From Pseudobdellovibrionaceae bacterium (GTDB lineage Bacteria; Bdellovibrionota; Bdellovibrionia; Bdellovibrionales; UBA1609): DNA of 64,000 nt. The stretch is from contig JACKAM010000001.1 in assembly GCA_020635075.1 (NCBI GenBank), positions 963,402 to 1,027,401 of the forward strand, read 5' to 3'. This document shows, piece by piece, positions 32,836 through 42,342 of this stretch. A program made the position numbers and the translations under genes. Positions within the stretch are counted from its first letter, which is position 1. Every line of letters begins with the position of its first letter. The notes under the pieces are model-generated. The model was not told the DNA's origin and searched no databases. It saw only the letters and a program-made list of their open reading frames with translations.

Positions 32836-34635
32836 TTGACCCAAAAATCGGGTATTCTCAAGGTTTTAGGCGGCCCCGAGTTTGCTTTTAATGGTGCCAT
32901 GAGCTTGCGTAGAATCCCCCCCCCAAGAAAGCCACAAAACCATGGGTTGGCCTTGATCTACTTGATTCTTGGCACCTTGATCTTCTGGCTGGGAGCCTGT
33001 GGGCCCCGTTCTCGGCCTCAGGGTCGAACAAGCCCCCATCAGGGGCAGGAGCCTGCCCCTATCGACATGAAGTTGGGAGTTGAGGTGGATCGGGCGGCCT
33101 TTGATTCCTTGCCTCTGGTGATGGCCCCATCTACCAGCCCTCGGTTCTCTGGAGGCGGACCCGCGCCCAAAAAAACCGACTATGTGATTTTTCAAAATCC
33201 ACTGATCGAACCGCCAAAGATGGGTTCCCGAGAAGTTACTTTTAAAGTGACACTGGTTACTGGAAGTGGGTCCAATCCGATATCCCTCGGTGGCGAAATT
33301 CAGGATTCGGGTCGGTTTAATCTGGATGAAGAAAGGCCCAGTGCCAATGGAGCCCCTCTGCGTGCCATTGGTCAGTGTCTTGAACTTAGTAGCTGTTCGG
33401 TTCTTTATGTGGACGTCTTTTATGTAGAAAATGGACAGCACCGAAAGCAGCAATTTCTGTATCAGGGGCATGGCAGCACCAAAGTGACCGGACAGAATTC
33501 AGGCAAGCAGAGCCCGGGAGCGGGAAGCGGAGTTGAGGCCAAGAGTGGACCATGTGATGAGTTTGAAGGCTGTGAAGGCCAATTTGTCGGACACCGGGTT
33601 GAAGAGACCTACTATGATAATCTTCACGACTGGAAAGATAGGGATGGGAATGCAGAGCCTGGAACTCAGGTGAAGGGTGAAAACCAACCATCGGGTCCGC
33701 TCCTCCTGCCTGGGGCAGACACCAGGACAGATGGAGTTCCATCGAGTCAGGTGGGTGTTGAAGTGCGCAAGGAGGGGTCCGAAGGCTCTCCTGGCGAGGT
33801 CAAGGCCCCTCCTGAATCTGAAGAGGTCGGAGGACAGGGAGTTCCGGTGATTTCCGGAGAAGTCCGTCAAGAGGAAGCGCCTGCAGCCCCCTTGGGAGAG
33901 AAACCAAGAATTTCGGGGATGCTGCAGTTGGATGCGATGGACTTAAAGGAAGGGGGGCAGAGCGTGGGTTTACCCTATACGATTTGCTTTGAGCCCTGTG
34001 CCAGCGGTATGTGTGTGAAACGAAAGTGTACCAAAGAGGATACCCATCGCAAAGATGGCGCTCTGACCGAAATGGATCATGGGCCTAATTTCCTTGAACT
34101 CGGAGGAGGTCCTGGCTTTGAAAAACTAAACCCACGGCGGGATCATCATTATGGATCAGGTCTGCTGGTGAGACTGTTGGAGAAATCCGCATTGGTCTTT
34201 CGCGAGGAATATGATCAGAAGTCGCTAATCCAGATTGATGATATGAGCAAAAGAAGGGGAGGTCGACTGGGTAGCCATTCAAGTCACCAAAGTGGGTTGG
34301 ACGCGGATATAGCCTACCTGGATGCCCAGCCCCGTTGGAGATCAGTCGTGACTGATGGCGTATTGGCTGAGGACTTTGATCTTGAACGCAATCTGCGCTT
34401 CTTCAAGCTCCTGGTTGACACTGGCTATGTAAATCGCATTTTTGTCGACCAAAAAATCAAAGAGGCTGCATGTGTTTGGTCAAAAGACAGCGGGCAGCAA
34501 AGGATTTTCAATGAAACTCTCATGCGCATGCGCCCTTATCGGGGACACGATGATCACTTTCATCTACGACTGCGCTGCTCTGACTACTATCCTCTGTGTC
34601 GAGACCAAGTTCCGCCGGGGGATTTGGGCTGTTAG
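32836..34635 (+). CDS. MepA-like (peptidase M74, LAS-fold) murein endopeptidase with a ~400-aa N-terminal extension
   Basis: C-terminal HSSHQSGLDADIAY and GHDDHFHLRL match the MepA zinc and catalytic motifs. N-terminal anchor/lipobox WLGACG. The alternative ATG at 32899 is likely. Confidence 0.8.
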   Translation: MTQKSGILKVLGGPEFAFNGAMSLRRIPPPRKPQNHGLALIYLILGTLIFWLGACGPRSRPQGRTSPHQGQEPAPIDMKLGVEVDRAAFDSLPLVMAPSTSPRFSGGGPAPKKTDYVIFQNPLIEPPKMGSREVTFKVTLVTGSGSNPISLGGEIQDSGRFNLDEERPSANGAPLRAIGQCLELSSCSVLYVDVFYVENGQHRKQQFLYQGHGSTKVTGQNSGKQSPGAGSGVEAKSGPCDEFEGCEGQFVGHRVEETYYDNLHDWKDRDGNAEPGTQVKGENQPSGPLLLPGADTRTDGVPSSQVGVEVRKEGSEGSPGEVKAPPESEEVGGQGVPVISGEVRQEEAPAAPLGEKPRISGMLQLDAMDLKEGGQSVGLPYTICFEPCASGMCVKRKCTKEDTHRKDGALTEMDHGPNFLELGGGPGFEKLNPRRDHHYGSGLLVRLLEKSALVFREEYDQKSLIQIDDMSKRRGGRLGSHSSHQSGLDADIAYLDAQPRWRSVVTDGVLAEDFDLERNLRFFKLLVDTGYVNRIFVDQKIKEAACVWSKDSGQQRIFNETLMRMRPYRGHDDHFHLRLRCSDYYPLCRDQVPPGDLGC

Positions 34636-34683
34636 GGAGATCGGTTCTTGCCTTTTTTGCCCGACTATCTTTAAATACCGGCC

Positions 34684-36276
34684 ATGAAAAATCTGAGCGC
34701 AAAATCCACAATCGTATTCGGGGCGGTTCTTGTGAGCCTGTCATTTGTTGTTCTCTCTCTGTCGAGCTGCACAAAAGTTCAATCGTGGTGGCAGGCCCGG
34801 CAAGAGATTGAATGGCGCAAAGATGGAATGGAATCGGCTCTGGCCGAGGCCAAGAAAACAAATCGACCATTGTTTGTTTATTGGGGAGCAATTTGGTGCC
34901 CTCCCTGCAATGTCCTAAAGGCTAAGGTGTTTCCTGATTCGGACTTTAAGCAGGCGGTGAGCTCTTTTATTCCGGTTTATTTGGATGGAGACACGGAGAG
35001 CGCTCAGCTGTGGGGTGAAAAGCTCAATGCCAGCGGTTACCCGACCTTGATGGTTCTTAACTCCGCAGGTAAAGAGGTGGTTCGTCTGTCGACCAATGTC
35101 TCGGCCACCGAGATTGCGGAAGTCCTAAAGGATGCCTACAACGTGTTGTCGCCAGTGCCGGAATTATTGAGGGAAATCAAAAATGGAGCAAGGAAACCAG
35201 GACCCGAGGAGTGGCGCCTCTTGTCTCGCTATTCCTGGGATCAAGATCCGGCTTTTGATGAGTTGCGAGCTGAATGGGGAGAGAGCTTGTGGAGCCTAAA
35301 GGAACAAATTCCCGAGTCCTCTGGTGCCGAGAAAGCGCGTCTGGGCCTGGTCTCATTGCGTTTACGGCTCGGCGAGGGACTGGAAAAGAAGAAATTGAGC
35401 CTGGCACAAAAGGCTGAGTTTCTCGCATGGCTGGAAAAGCTTTTTCAACAGGAGGGTCTGCTTCCGGAGCTCGTCGGGGAGCTCTCCGGATTGGCTGGTT
35501 CTATCCACTCAGGTCTGTTCGAGGAAAAAGAAAAGAGGGCTAGACTTGAGTTTGGCCAAAACTACAAGAGAATGATGAGAAACATCCTGCAATCACCTAA
35601 AGTCAGTTGGGATATGAGACTCAATGCTTTGTATCCGGCCATAGATCTGGCACAGACTGACGAAAAGTCCTTTCCCCTCTCAGATGAAGAAAAACAGACG
35701 GTTGTTGATGAGTGCGAAAAAGCGCTGGCAGCCGCAGCCAAGAAGGAACAGAGAGTGGCGGTCGTGAGTGACGTAAGCTATTACTTGGGTGAAGTGGGTC
35801 AGCCAGGGCGAGCCAGGGATATCCTCAAATCCGAAATGGAAAAAGGTCTCAACCCCTATTACATGATGTCAGGCCTTGCCTACTTGGAGAACAAAGCAGG
35901 GAATAAGCAGGAGGCCTTGGATTGGCATAAACAGGCTTACCAAAAGGCTGAAGGTCGGGCGACCCGAATTCAGTGGGGAGGCAAGTACCTCAAATACTTG
36001 GTTGAAGTAAAACCTGAGGACAAAGCTGGAATCATGGCGGAACTCAAATCCTTTTACACGGACAATCTGAAGACCAGCGATGCCTTCATGGGTCGCAACA
36101 AAAGAGTGTTGGATAAGCTTCGCAAGAGTCTGGTGAAGTGGGGAGAGGAGAGGAAATCTGGAAGCGAATTACAGGCTCTGGCTAAAAACCAAGACCAGGA
36201 ACACTGCAGTCAGCAAAGAGTTGGTTTTACGGAAACTTATCTGAGTTCGTGCAAGGAGTATTTCAAGGGGTTTTAG
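34684..36276 (+). CDS. thioredoxin-fold lipoprotein with a helical C-terminal domain
   Basis: Lipobox LSLSSC, and YWGAIWCPPCNVLK (WCxxC) in a DUF255/thioredoxin-like N-domain. Confidence 0.8.
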   Translation: MKNLSAKSTIVFGAVLVSLSFVVLSLSSCTKVQSWWQARQEIEWRKDGMESALAEAKKTNRPLFVYWGAIWCPPCNVLKAKVFPDSDFKQAVSSFIPVYLDGDTESAQLWGEKLNASGYPTLMVLNSAGKEVVRLSTNVSATEIAEVLKDAYNVLSPVPELLREIKNGARKPGPEEWRLLSRYSWDQDPAFDELRAEWGESLWSLKEQIPESSGAEKARLGLVSLRLRLGEGLEKKKLSLAQKAEFLAWLEKLFQQEGLLPELVGELSGLAGSIHSGLFEEKEKRARLEFGQNYKRMMRNILQSPKVSWDMRLNALYPAIDLAQTDEKSFPLSDEEKQTVVDECEKALAAAAKKEQRVAVVSDVSYYLGEVGQPGRARDILKSEMEKGLNPYYMMSGLAYLENKAGNKQEALDWHKQAYQKAEGRATRIQWGGKYLKYLVEVKPEDKAGIMAELKSFYTDNLKTSDAFMGRNKRVLDKLRKSLVKWGEERKSGSELQALAKNQDQEHCSQQRVGFTETYLSSCKEYFKGF

Positions 36277-36461
36277 TTGCCAAAGGGGGAATTCATGGGC
36301 CTAAAGAGCGCCCCCGCGTCTAAGTGGCGAACTTATGAGGGTTTGGCTTGTTCCTGATCAGCCGTCTCATATTGACACGAGTCTAGTCTGGATAAGGGGT
36401 ATTTGGGGGGTGTCTCGTGGCATAGGCCTTGCTCAATAAGGCTGTGGGACGCGAGGGTTGA

Positions 36462-37013
36462 ATGAGTATAAATCAAAATACACAAAAGACCATGATTGAT
36501 GAGATGACTCAGTCAGGAATTCACACCTTGACCATCGAGCTCGATCTTAACTCCTATGATGAGGACAAAGCCAGACAGGTGGCCAGTGAGTTTGCTGACC
36601 GTCTCAGCGACCAATCTCTTCCTGTTGAAGAAGAAGATGACGACTACGGAGAGGGCCTCAGTGATTCAGGTGAGCGGCGTCGGCACACGAGAACGCCATC
36701 CACCTTGCCCGCAATGGCACATAAGATTCTGGCCAGCAGTCCGTCTCATGAACCAGTTAAGGGTTTTGTCGTGAATATGAGTCTCACCGGAATGGCGTTG
36801 ATCTCCGAGTCTGAAGAGATTTGCAAGGGTGACGTTGTTGAGCTTGAAATCATGGATGGGGTTATCCCTTTTTCGGTGTGCGCTCTTGTGGTCAAAAAGA
36901 ACCCTGTCTTTGGTGCGGCTAGGCCTCACTTTTCATATGGCTTTCGTATCATGAAGATGAATCAGCAGGCACGGACCTCCATTGAGCGAATTGTCTCCGG
37001 CCGAGCGGCCTAA
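36462..37013 (+). CDS. PilZ domain protein with an acidic N-terminal region
   Basis: RRRHTR (RxxxR) followed by NMSLTG (D/NxSxxG). Confidence 0.8.
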   Translation: MSINQNTQKTMIDEMTQSGIHTLTIELDLNSYDEDKARQVASEFADRLSDQSLPVEEEDDDYGEGLSDSGERRRHTRTPSTLPAMAHKILASSPSHEPVKGFVVNMSLTGMALISESEEICKGDVVELEIMDGVIPFSVCALVVKKNPVFGAARPHFSYGFRIMKMNQQARTSIERIVSGRAA

Positions 37014-37029
37014 GCTGGCCTTTCGGTCA

Positions 37030-37057
37030 TAAATTTCTCAATTTGAAGCGCCGATAG
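37030..37057 (+). promoter_or_regulatory. sigma28-type promoter candidate
   Basis: TAAA-N16-GCCGATAG, 20-50 nt upstream of the 37078/37108 start. Confidence 0.45.
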
Positions 37058-37077
37058 AGCAAGGACAAGAAAGGTCT

Positions 37078-38691
37078 TTGCTCGTGTTCCAATTTAGATG
37101 GCCAGGAATGCTAAGAAGGAATTGTCTCCTAGGGGCTTTGAACCTGGTGATCTCAACAATTGCAGGTCCCTTTCCCGTGGCCCATGGCGCCCCTTCTGAC
37201 CCGATTGGAGATCTCATTAAGCAGCTTGAGGAGCGGGACCAACGGCTCCCCTCGTTTTTCTACCAGACCAGCCAACCAGTAGAAGTATTTACTCAGCCCA
37301 AGGGAGGGGAACCGCTCACGACTTTGGAGACTGACGACTTGATTCCTTTCGAAGGCGTGTCAGGCGGCAGAGCGGTGATCAAGAGCGACGACTACGGAAT
37401 GCTCTATGCTGAGACCAAGGGGAAGGTTATTCGCAAAGACGCATCGGAAACCAGAATGATTGACGTGTTTCTGGACGTCCCAGAGGGGCAACCAGTGACG
37501 ATCACTTCGGCACCAGGCAAGACCTGGAGGGACTGCGGTCCATCGGTTCCGGAGGGCGAAAGGCCTTGTGTAGCTTGGCCAAAAGGTGGCCCCCAAACGC
37601 GAATGCAAATCCGCCATGGGAAAATCATTGAAGAGACCGACCCTGTTACTGGAGCAAAAAGGCCTCAGCTGTTCTATCTGGTCGATGTTCAGTACCCGAC
37701 CGACTGGGGAACCAAAAGTGAGAGGGGCTGGCTAAGTGCCCAATATGTGCGCGCCGATCCCTTGCCGCGAAGTGAGCTCTCTGTGGGAGAAGTGGACTAC
37801 GTTGCCCCTCGACCCTTGCCGAAGCCGGACTGTAACTGTAAATCAAAGGATTTAGGGAAGCAGATTAAAGAAGGGCTTGATGTCGTCATCCACGAACCAA
37901 ATGAGGCGGCCAAGAAGGCCATAAACTATGTAGGGCAATGTGTGTCTGGAAATCTTAATCCCAGTGGCTATACCAACCCCTTCAATCACTTCATGGGCAG
38001 TCACTGGCGAAATCAAAAAGGAAAGACTCTGTTTCGCTACAAGGATCAGGCAGTGACTGGAGAAAAAATGTTCGCCATTGACGCCATTGCGCGAACCATA
38101 TTTGGGGAAATGCGTGGATGTTTCCGCAATGGGATTCGCTATCCCATGGCAGTGGCACGAGTCATTATGAACCGCGCTTACTACGTCAAAAAGCAGGGCC
38201 GAACAGTCCCTTTCGTCAAGGCGACGAGTCCCAATTACAAGGCGCTGGAGATTGAGCAGATCGTCCCTTATGTCACATCGTCCTCAGCGCAATTTTCTCC
38301 TTGGAATCGAGACGACCCGAATCTCAAACATATTCTTTGTCCCAAGAACATGGATGCGGAGACGAAAAAGATCTGGCTCAAGAGTGTGGAGATCGCCACG
38401 TCGGCAATTTTGGATCGAAAGCAGTTTGCTCAGGAAACCAAGCAGGTCAGGCAGCTGCACTTCAGCTCAGGTACAACTCCAAATTGGGCGCGAAACTACA
38501 AGCTCGAAAAACCAAGTATTGGTGCATCGCCCATTGACTCCGGGCGCTGTTTGAAACTTTGGGGAAGCGAGTCCTCAAAGACCTTTCGGTGGCAGGCATT
38601 TTTGCATGACCAGAACCCCCAGGGTCTTCTAGGAAACTTTTTTGCTATTGGCAGCGGCCTCTCGGAGAGCGGTGATGAGAACACCGATTGA
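37078..38691 (+). CDS. secreted cell-wall hydrolase (SleB/Hydrolase_2-like C-terminal domain)
   Basis: IDAIARTIFGEMRGC matches the ARTxxGEARGE signature. The signal peptide starts at MLRRNCLLGALNLVISTIAG (likely start 37108). Confidence 0.75.
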   Translation: MLVFQFRWPGMLRRNCLLGALNLVISTIAGPFPVAHGAPSDPIGDLIKQLEERDQRLPSFFYQTSQPVEVFTQPKGGEPLTTLETDDLIPFEGVSGGRAVIKSDDYGMLYAETKGKVIRKDASETRMIDVFLDVPEGQPVTITSAPGKTWRDCGPSVPEGERPCVAWPKGGPQTRMQIRHGKIIEETDPVTGAKRPQLFYLVDVQYPTDWGTKSERGWLSAQYVRADPLPRSELSVGEVDYVAPRPLPKPDCNCKSKDLGKQIKEGLDVVIHEPNEAAKKAINYVGQCVSGNLNPSGYTNPFNHFMGSHWRNQKGKTLFRYKDQAVTGEKMFAIDAIARTIFGEMRGCFRNGIRYPMAVARVIMNRAYYVKKQGRTVPFVKATSPNYKALEIEQIVPYVTSSSAQFSPWNRDDPNLKHILCPKNMDAETKKIWLKSVEIATSAILDRKQFAQETKQVRQLHFSSGTTPNWARNYKLEKPSIGASPIDSGRCLKLWGSESSKTFRWQAFLHDQNPQGLLGNFFAIGSGLSESGDENTD

Positions 38692-39105
38692 AAAAGGTTT
38701 TGCCACAAGATTGGCCGCCCCCATGGCGCGAGCCTGGGTGTAGTTGAGATCCGAATGGGCTGATATCATCACCACTTGGGGAGCTTTCTCCATGGTGGAG
38801 ATGAACTTAAGGACCTCGACACCATTTTTGACTGGCATTTGCACGTCCGACACCACAAAGTCGATCTTTCCTTCGTTTTCCATGAGAAGGGAAATGGCCT
38901 CTTCGCCATTGGCGGCAAACACGACGCGATAACCAGCTTCACCAAGAGCCCAAGATAAAACCTGACGAACATTCTCCTCGTCATCGACGACAAGCACGGT
39001 TTCTGGCTCTTTGTCCTGATTTGGATCTGACACTGGTACTAGCCCCTCTCGTGGTGACTTCTTTGGATCGACATAATGGGCCCGTTGTTTTAGGGCGAAA
39101 GTCAT
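38629..39105 (-). CDS. single-domain response regulator (CheY-like receiver) with a ~35-aa N-terminal extension
   Basis: VLVVDDEENVR...DFVVSDVQMP...VVMISAH...AKPF, with the phospho-acceptor Asp and conserved Lys present. Confidence 0.9.
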   Translation of the reverse strand: MTFALKQRAHYVDPKKSPREGLVPVSDPNQDKEPETVLVVDDEENVRQVLSWALGEAGYRVVFAANGEEAISLLMENEGKIDFVVSDVQMPVKNGVEVLKFISTMEKAPQVVMISAHSDLNYTQARAMGAANLVAKPFSIGVLITALREAAANSKKVS

Positions 39106-39161
39106 ATTCTCAAATTGGTGCGCGGAGATTTCATTAAGTCGAGTTCAGTAATTTCCGATGG

Positions 39162-40766
39162 TTGAATGTCACGGGAGGGCCCTTGGCAAAGAGTTTTCGT
39201 AAACTTGGAAAATACACGCTCTTAGAGCGCCTCGGAGCAGGAGGCAGTGGGGAAGTCTATTTGGGTTACACCCAGATGGCCCCAGGGCTCTTTAACTTTT
39301 TTGCCGTCAAGATTCTCACCGCCGAACAGTCTTCCAATCCTCGAGCATTAAAAATGCTTCAGAGAGAAGCCTCATTGGCCAATGTGCTTAAGCACAACTC
39401 TATTGTTTCTCTCTATGAGTGTGGTCATGACGATGAGATCTTTTATGTGGCCATGGATTATGTGAACGGGTTGCCCTTAAGTCGACTCATGCATCACCAC
39501 ATGACCCGCAAGCCGATCATCAAAATGGAATATGCCATCTATATTGCTCGCGCCGTGGCCGCGGGACTGGAATATGCAAGGACATGTAAAAACCCTGAGA
39601 CAGGGCAAGAACTGGGGATTGCCCATCGGGACATTTCACCGCAGAACATCATGGTGAATTTCGAAGGGGAAGTGAAAATTATCGACTTCGGTCTGGCTCG
39701 CTCAGCCGGGTTGGGCGACAAGACCCAATCGGATCAGATTATGGGTAAGCTCAAGTACATTAGTCCTGAACACGCCAGTGGCGAGTCAGTTGATCATCGA
39801 ACCGACATTTTCTCCCTTGGCGTTGTCCTGTGGGAGATGCTGTCAGGAAGGCGGTTCTACCAGGACCTGCAAGACGCACAGATTGTCAGCTGGCTCAACA
39901 ACCCGGATTACACCAGTCTAAAACAATTTGTTCCTGGAATGTCAGATGAGCTGGATCGAATTGTCCAGCGAGCGGTGGCTGGTCAAGCCGAGGATCGTTA
40001 TCAGACGGCCGGAGAACTACATGACGATCTTAACCGGTACCTCAATAAGAACTTCCCGGACTTTTCGCCCAGCGAATTCAGGCGTATTTATCGCCATGAG
40101 TTCGAAAATGAAATGAAGGAAAGAGATCATAAACTGGCGAGTTATCTAACCGACATCGAAGTGTCTGAAAAAAAATACCAAAAGACCTTTGATCAGTATG
40201 CGGATATGGTTGATCGCATGGGAGTTTTAGTTGAAAAGGAATCTCCCCATAAAAACACCGAGGAAGCGGTCGAAAGATTCAAAAAGGCCCGCCAAGCGAT
40301 CACAGAAAAGAAGAAGCGAAATCGAGGAATGTGGCGGCACTATGAGCTCAAACAGGCTATGTCTTACTCCTGGAAGCTTGGAGCCGCACTTCTGGTCTTG
40401 TCACTCATGTGGTCCAGGGCGGCCAACAAAAGCTATGGTGAGTTTATGAAGGGGGCGTGGGTTACAATGAGGCAGGCATTGGGGTTGAGTACGGAAACCC
40501 GTGACGTGGCGAGCATCATTGCGGACGAACAGAACCTCGGTCTTAAATATCCAGACAAACCATTTACGGTACAGATCCGCACGCGACCGACTGGAGCGCG
40601 AATTTATCAAAATGGAAAGCTCTTGCGTTTGCGAACGCCAGCCCTGGTGAGGGTTTCCAATGCTAAGACGGCAAAAATCAGCCTTGAATCAAAGGGGTTT
40701 CCGGTGCGAAATCTCCAAGTCAAACCCTTCGAAGAAGATGTCTTCATCGATTTTCGTAACCAATAA
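39162..40766 (+). CDS. Ser/Thr protein kinase with a TM segment and a C-terminal PEGA-like domain
   Basis: GAGGSGEVY (P-loop), AVK, HRDISPQN, DFGLAR and SPEH. There is a TM at about aa 395, and the tail is IRTRPTGARIYQNGKLL. Confidence 0.9.
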   Translation: MNVTGGPLAKSFRKLGKYTLLERLGAGGSGEVYLGYTQMAPGLFNFFAVKILTAEQSSNPRALKMLQREASLANVLKHNSIVSLYECGHDDEIFYVAMDYVNGLPLSRLMHHHMTRKPIIKMEYAIYIARAVAAGLEYARTCKNPETGQELGIAHRDISPQNIMVNFEGEVKIIDFGLARSAGLGDKTQSDQIMGKLKYISPEHASGESVDHRTDIFSLGVVLWEMLSGRRFYQDLQDAQIVSWLNNPDYTSLKQFVPGMSDELDRIVQRAVAGQAEDRYQTAGELHDDLNRYLNKNFPDFSPSEFRRIYRHEFENEMKERDHKLASYLTDIEVSEKKYQKTFDQYADMVDRMGVLVEKESPHKNTEEAVERFKKARQAITEKKKRNRGMWRHYELKQAMSYSWKLGAALLVLSLMWSRAANKSYGEFMKGAWVTMRQALGLSTETRDVASIIADEQNLGLKYPDKPFTVQIRTRPTGARIYQNGKLLRLRTPALVRVSNAKTAKISLESKGFPVRNLQVKPFEEDVFIDFRNQ

Positions 40767-40803
40767 GAGACCTAATTAGCAAACATCCGCCAAGGTTTTT
40801 CCC

Positions 40804-41340
40804 TTACTGTTGGCCAGTCGACTTGCTCGGAGGATTTTGCGCAGGAGAGCCAGTCGGGGCGGGTGGGTACATCTGCGAATCCCCTCGCTGGTCTTTAAAC
40901 AACAAAGGCAACAGCTTGTCTTTATCGATTGTCGCCCGTTTGACAATACCGATTTCACTGGGGTCAAATCGCTGCTTCACATCAGCCTGCTTGAACATGA
41001 ACTGATTGTATCCCACCAGCGTAGCAATGGCGGGTCGGACATCCTGATCTTCAGGTACCCTTAAGGGCGAGGATTCTACATAGGTGTTTTTTATGCGATC
41101 TCGATAGAGGAAAACAATGGATTCAGGCACAAATTTATCGTCAGAACCGTTGCTCAAGTAGCCAATCAGATTTTCACCGCAATCGACCTTAATCTCCCGA
41201 CAAACCCGCACCAAACAACGGTCGCGCGTGATTTCGCACTCGACACTTTCGCCAGCCGAGGCCGAATAGGGAGAAAGGCTGAGTAGCATGAGGACGGATA
41301 AAACGATAATGATGCGAAAATTCCTAGGGTAAACATTCAT
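40804..41340 (-). CDS. secreted hypothetical protein
   Basis: Internal start MNVYPRNFRIIIVLSVLMLLSLSPYSASA (signal peptide). The track ORF extends to 41397. Confidence 0.55.
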   Translation of the reverse strand: MNVYPRNFRIIIVLSVLMLLSLSPYSASAGESVECEITRDRCLVRVCREIKVDCGENLIGYLSNGSDDKFVPESIVFLYRDRIKNTYVESSPLRVPEDQDVRPAIATLVGYNQFMFKQADVKQRFDPSEIGIVKRATIDKDKLLPLLFKDQRGDSQMYPPAPTGSPAQNPPSKSTGQQ

Positions 41341-41840
41341 ATGTTCATTCTGCCAAAATCCTAGAAGACTTCCCAGGACATATATTAAATGTAACATAAT
41401 ATATCTTATCAGATCAAACTACCTCCAGACCCAAGTCCCGCGCCAAACCTCATCCAGCCTGCATTTATACTGAGGCAAAGGGGCCCTTTCGCTTCCACCT
41501 AGCTCCCAGACCTGGTCATCAAAGGAGCGCCGATGATCGAGAGGCCCACTTAGAATCTATTCACTTGTCGACCTCTGGAGATCAATATGGACATCCCCTG
41601 GCTTCCGGCCTCTATCCACAAGGAGCAAGAATCCCTTTTCAAGTAGTCCGTCCTGTAGCCGAGCCTTTTCCGTGAATCCGAATCCTCCGCCGTCGCGCAA
41701 GGGCGTATCCGAGGTGCAGCAGCACAGCTGATGCGCCCCGAAGACGCGCCTGCGGCCGTAAGGCGCGTGAGGATTTACGGGAAAGGTCGGAGATAGGACG
41801 GATTTCTTTGGCAAAGGGACTTGCGGATCGCTTTAGAGCC

Positions 41841-42242
41841 TCACTCAAAACGCTGCCAGCGCCCCTTGGTCAGCAGATACACAATCACTGGCCCCAATAG
41901 CCCCAATAGGGATTGAAACACACTCAGGCCAATATAGACGTTTACAATCAGGGCCACCACGGCACTGGCATAAAACCCATACACCCCCCATTTTTTCCAC
42001 ATCCAAATGCCCGCTGCAAAGACAGTGTTAAGGACGGCCATCACTCCAAGGCCCATGATGAGGCCCTCTGTGGCTTTGGGGAGTGCCGACACAATGGCTC
42101 CAGGAAACAGAAAGTAACTAATTGCAGTCAGAGGATTGGCGATGAACATCAATATTAGGAATGCCGTCAACCACCCTCCCCGTCTAACTTCTGGACTTCG
42201 GGATAGGCTTGAATCGTCTCCGTGTAGGTCACCTATTGACAT
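41841..42242 (-). CDS. small polytopic membrane protein
   Basis: Four hydrophobic helices. The start is set at MSIGDLHG, which has GGGAG 6-7 nt upstream; the track ORF extends to 42320. Confidence 0.6.
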   Translation of the reverse strand: MSIGDLHGDDSSLSRSPEVRRGGWLTAFLILMFIANPLTAISYFLFPGAIVSALPKATEGLIMGLGVMAVLNTVFAAGIWMWKKWGVYGFYASAVVALIVNVYIGLSVFQSLLGLLGPVIVYLLTKGRWQRFE

Positions 42243-42342
42243 GATTTTCTCCCTGCGCGGTCTCTTTGAAGAAAAAAACCCAATCGCGGGGTCACGATTG
42301 GGCGAGAACTTCTCCATCAATTACCTATCAAAACAGAATCAA

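Noticed and set aside
41670-41692. The minus-strand string ggcggaggattcggattcacgg resembles the tmRNA 5' end (GGGGCUGAUUCUGGAUUCGACGGG)
   Set aside because: I found no tag reading frame, no T-arm/ACCA 3' end and no pseudoknot-like continuation on either side. The similarity is confined to about 16 nt.
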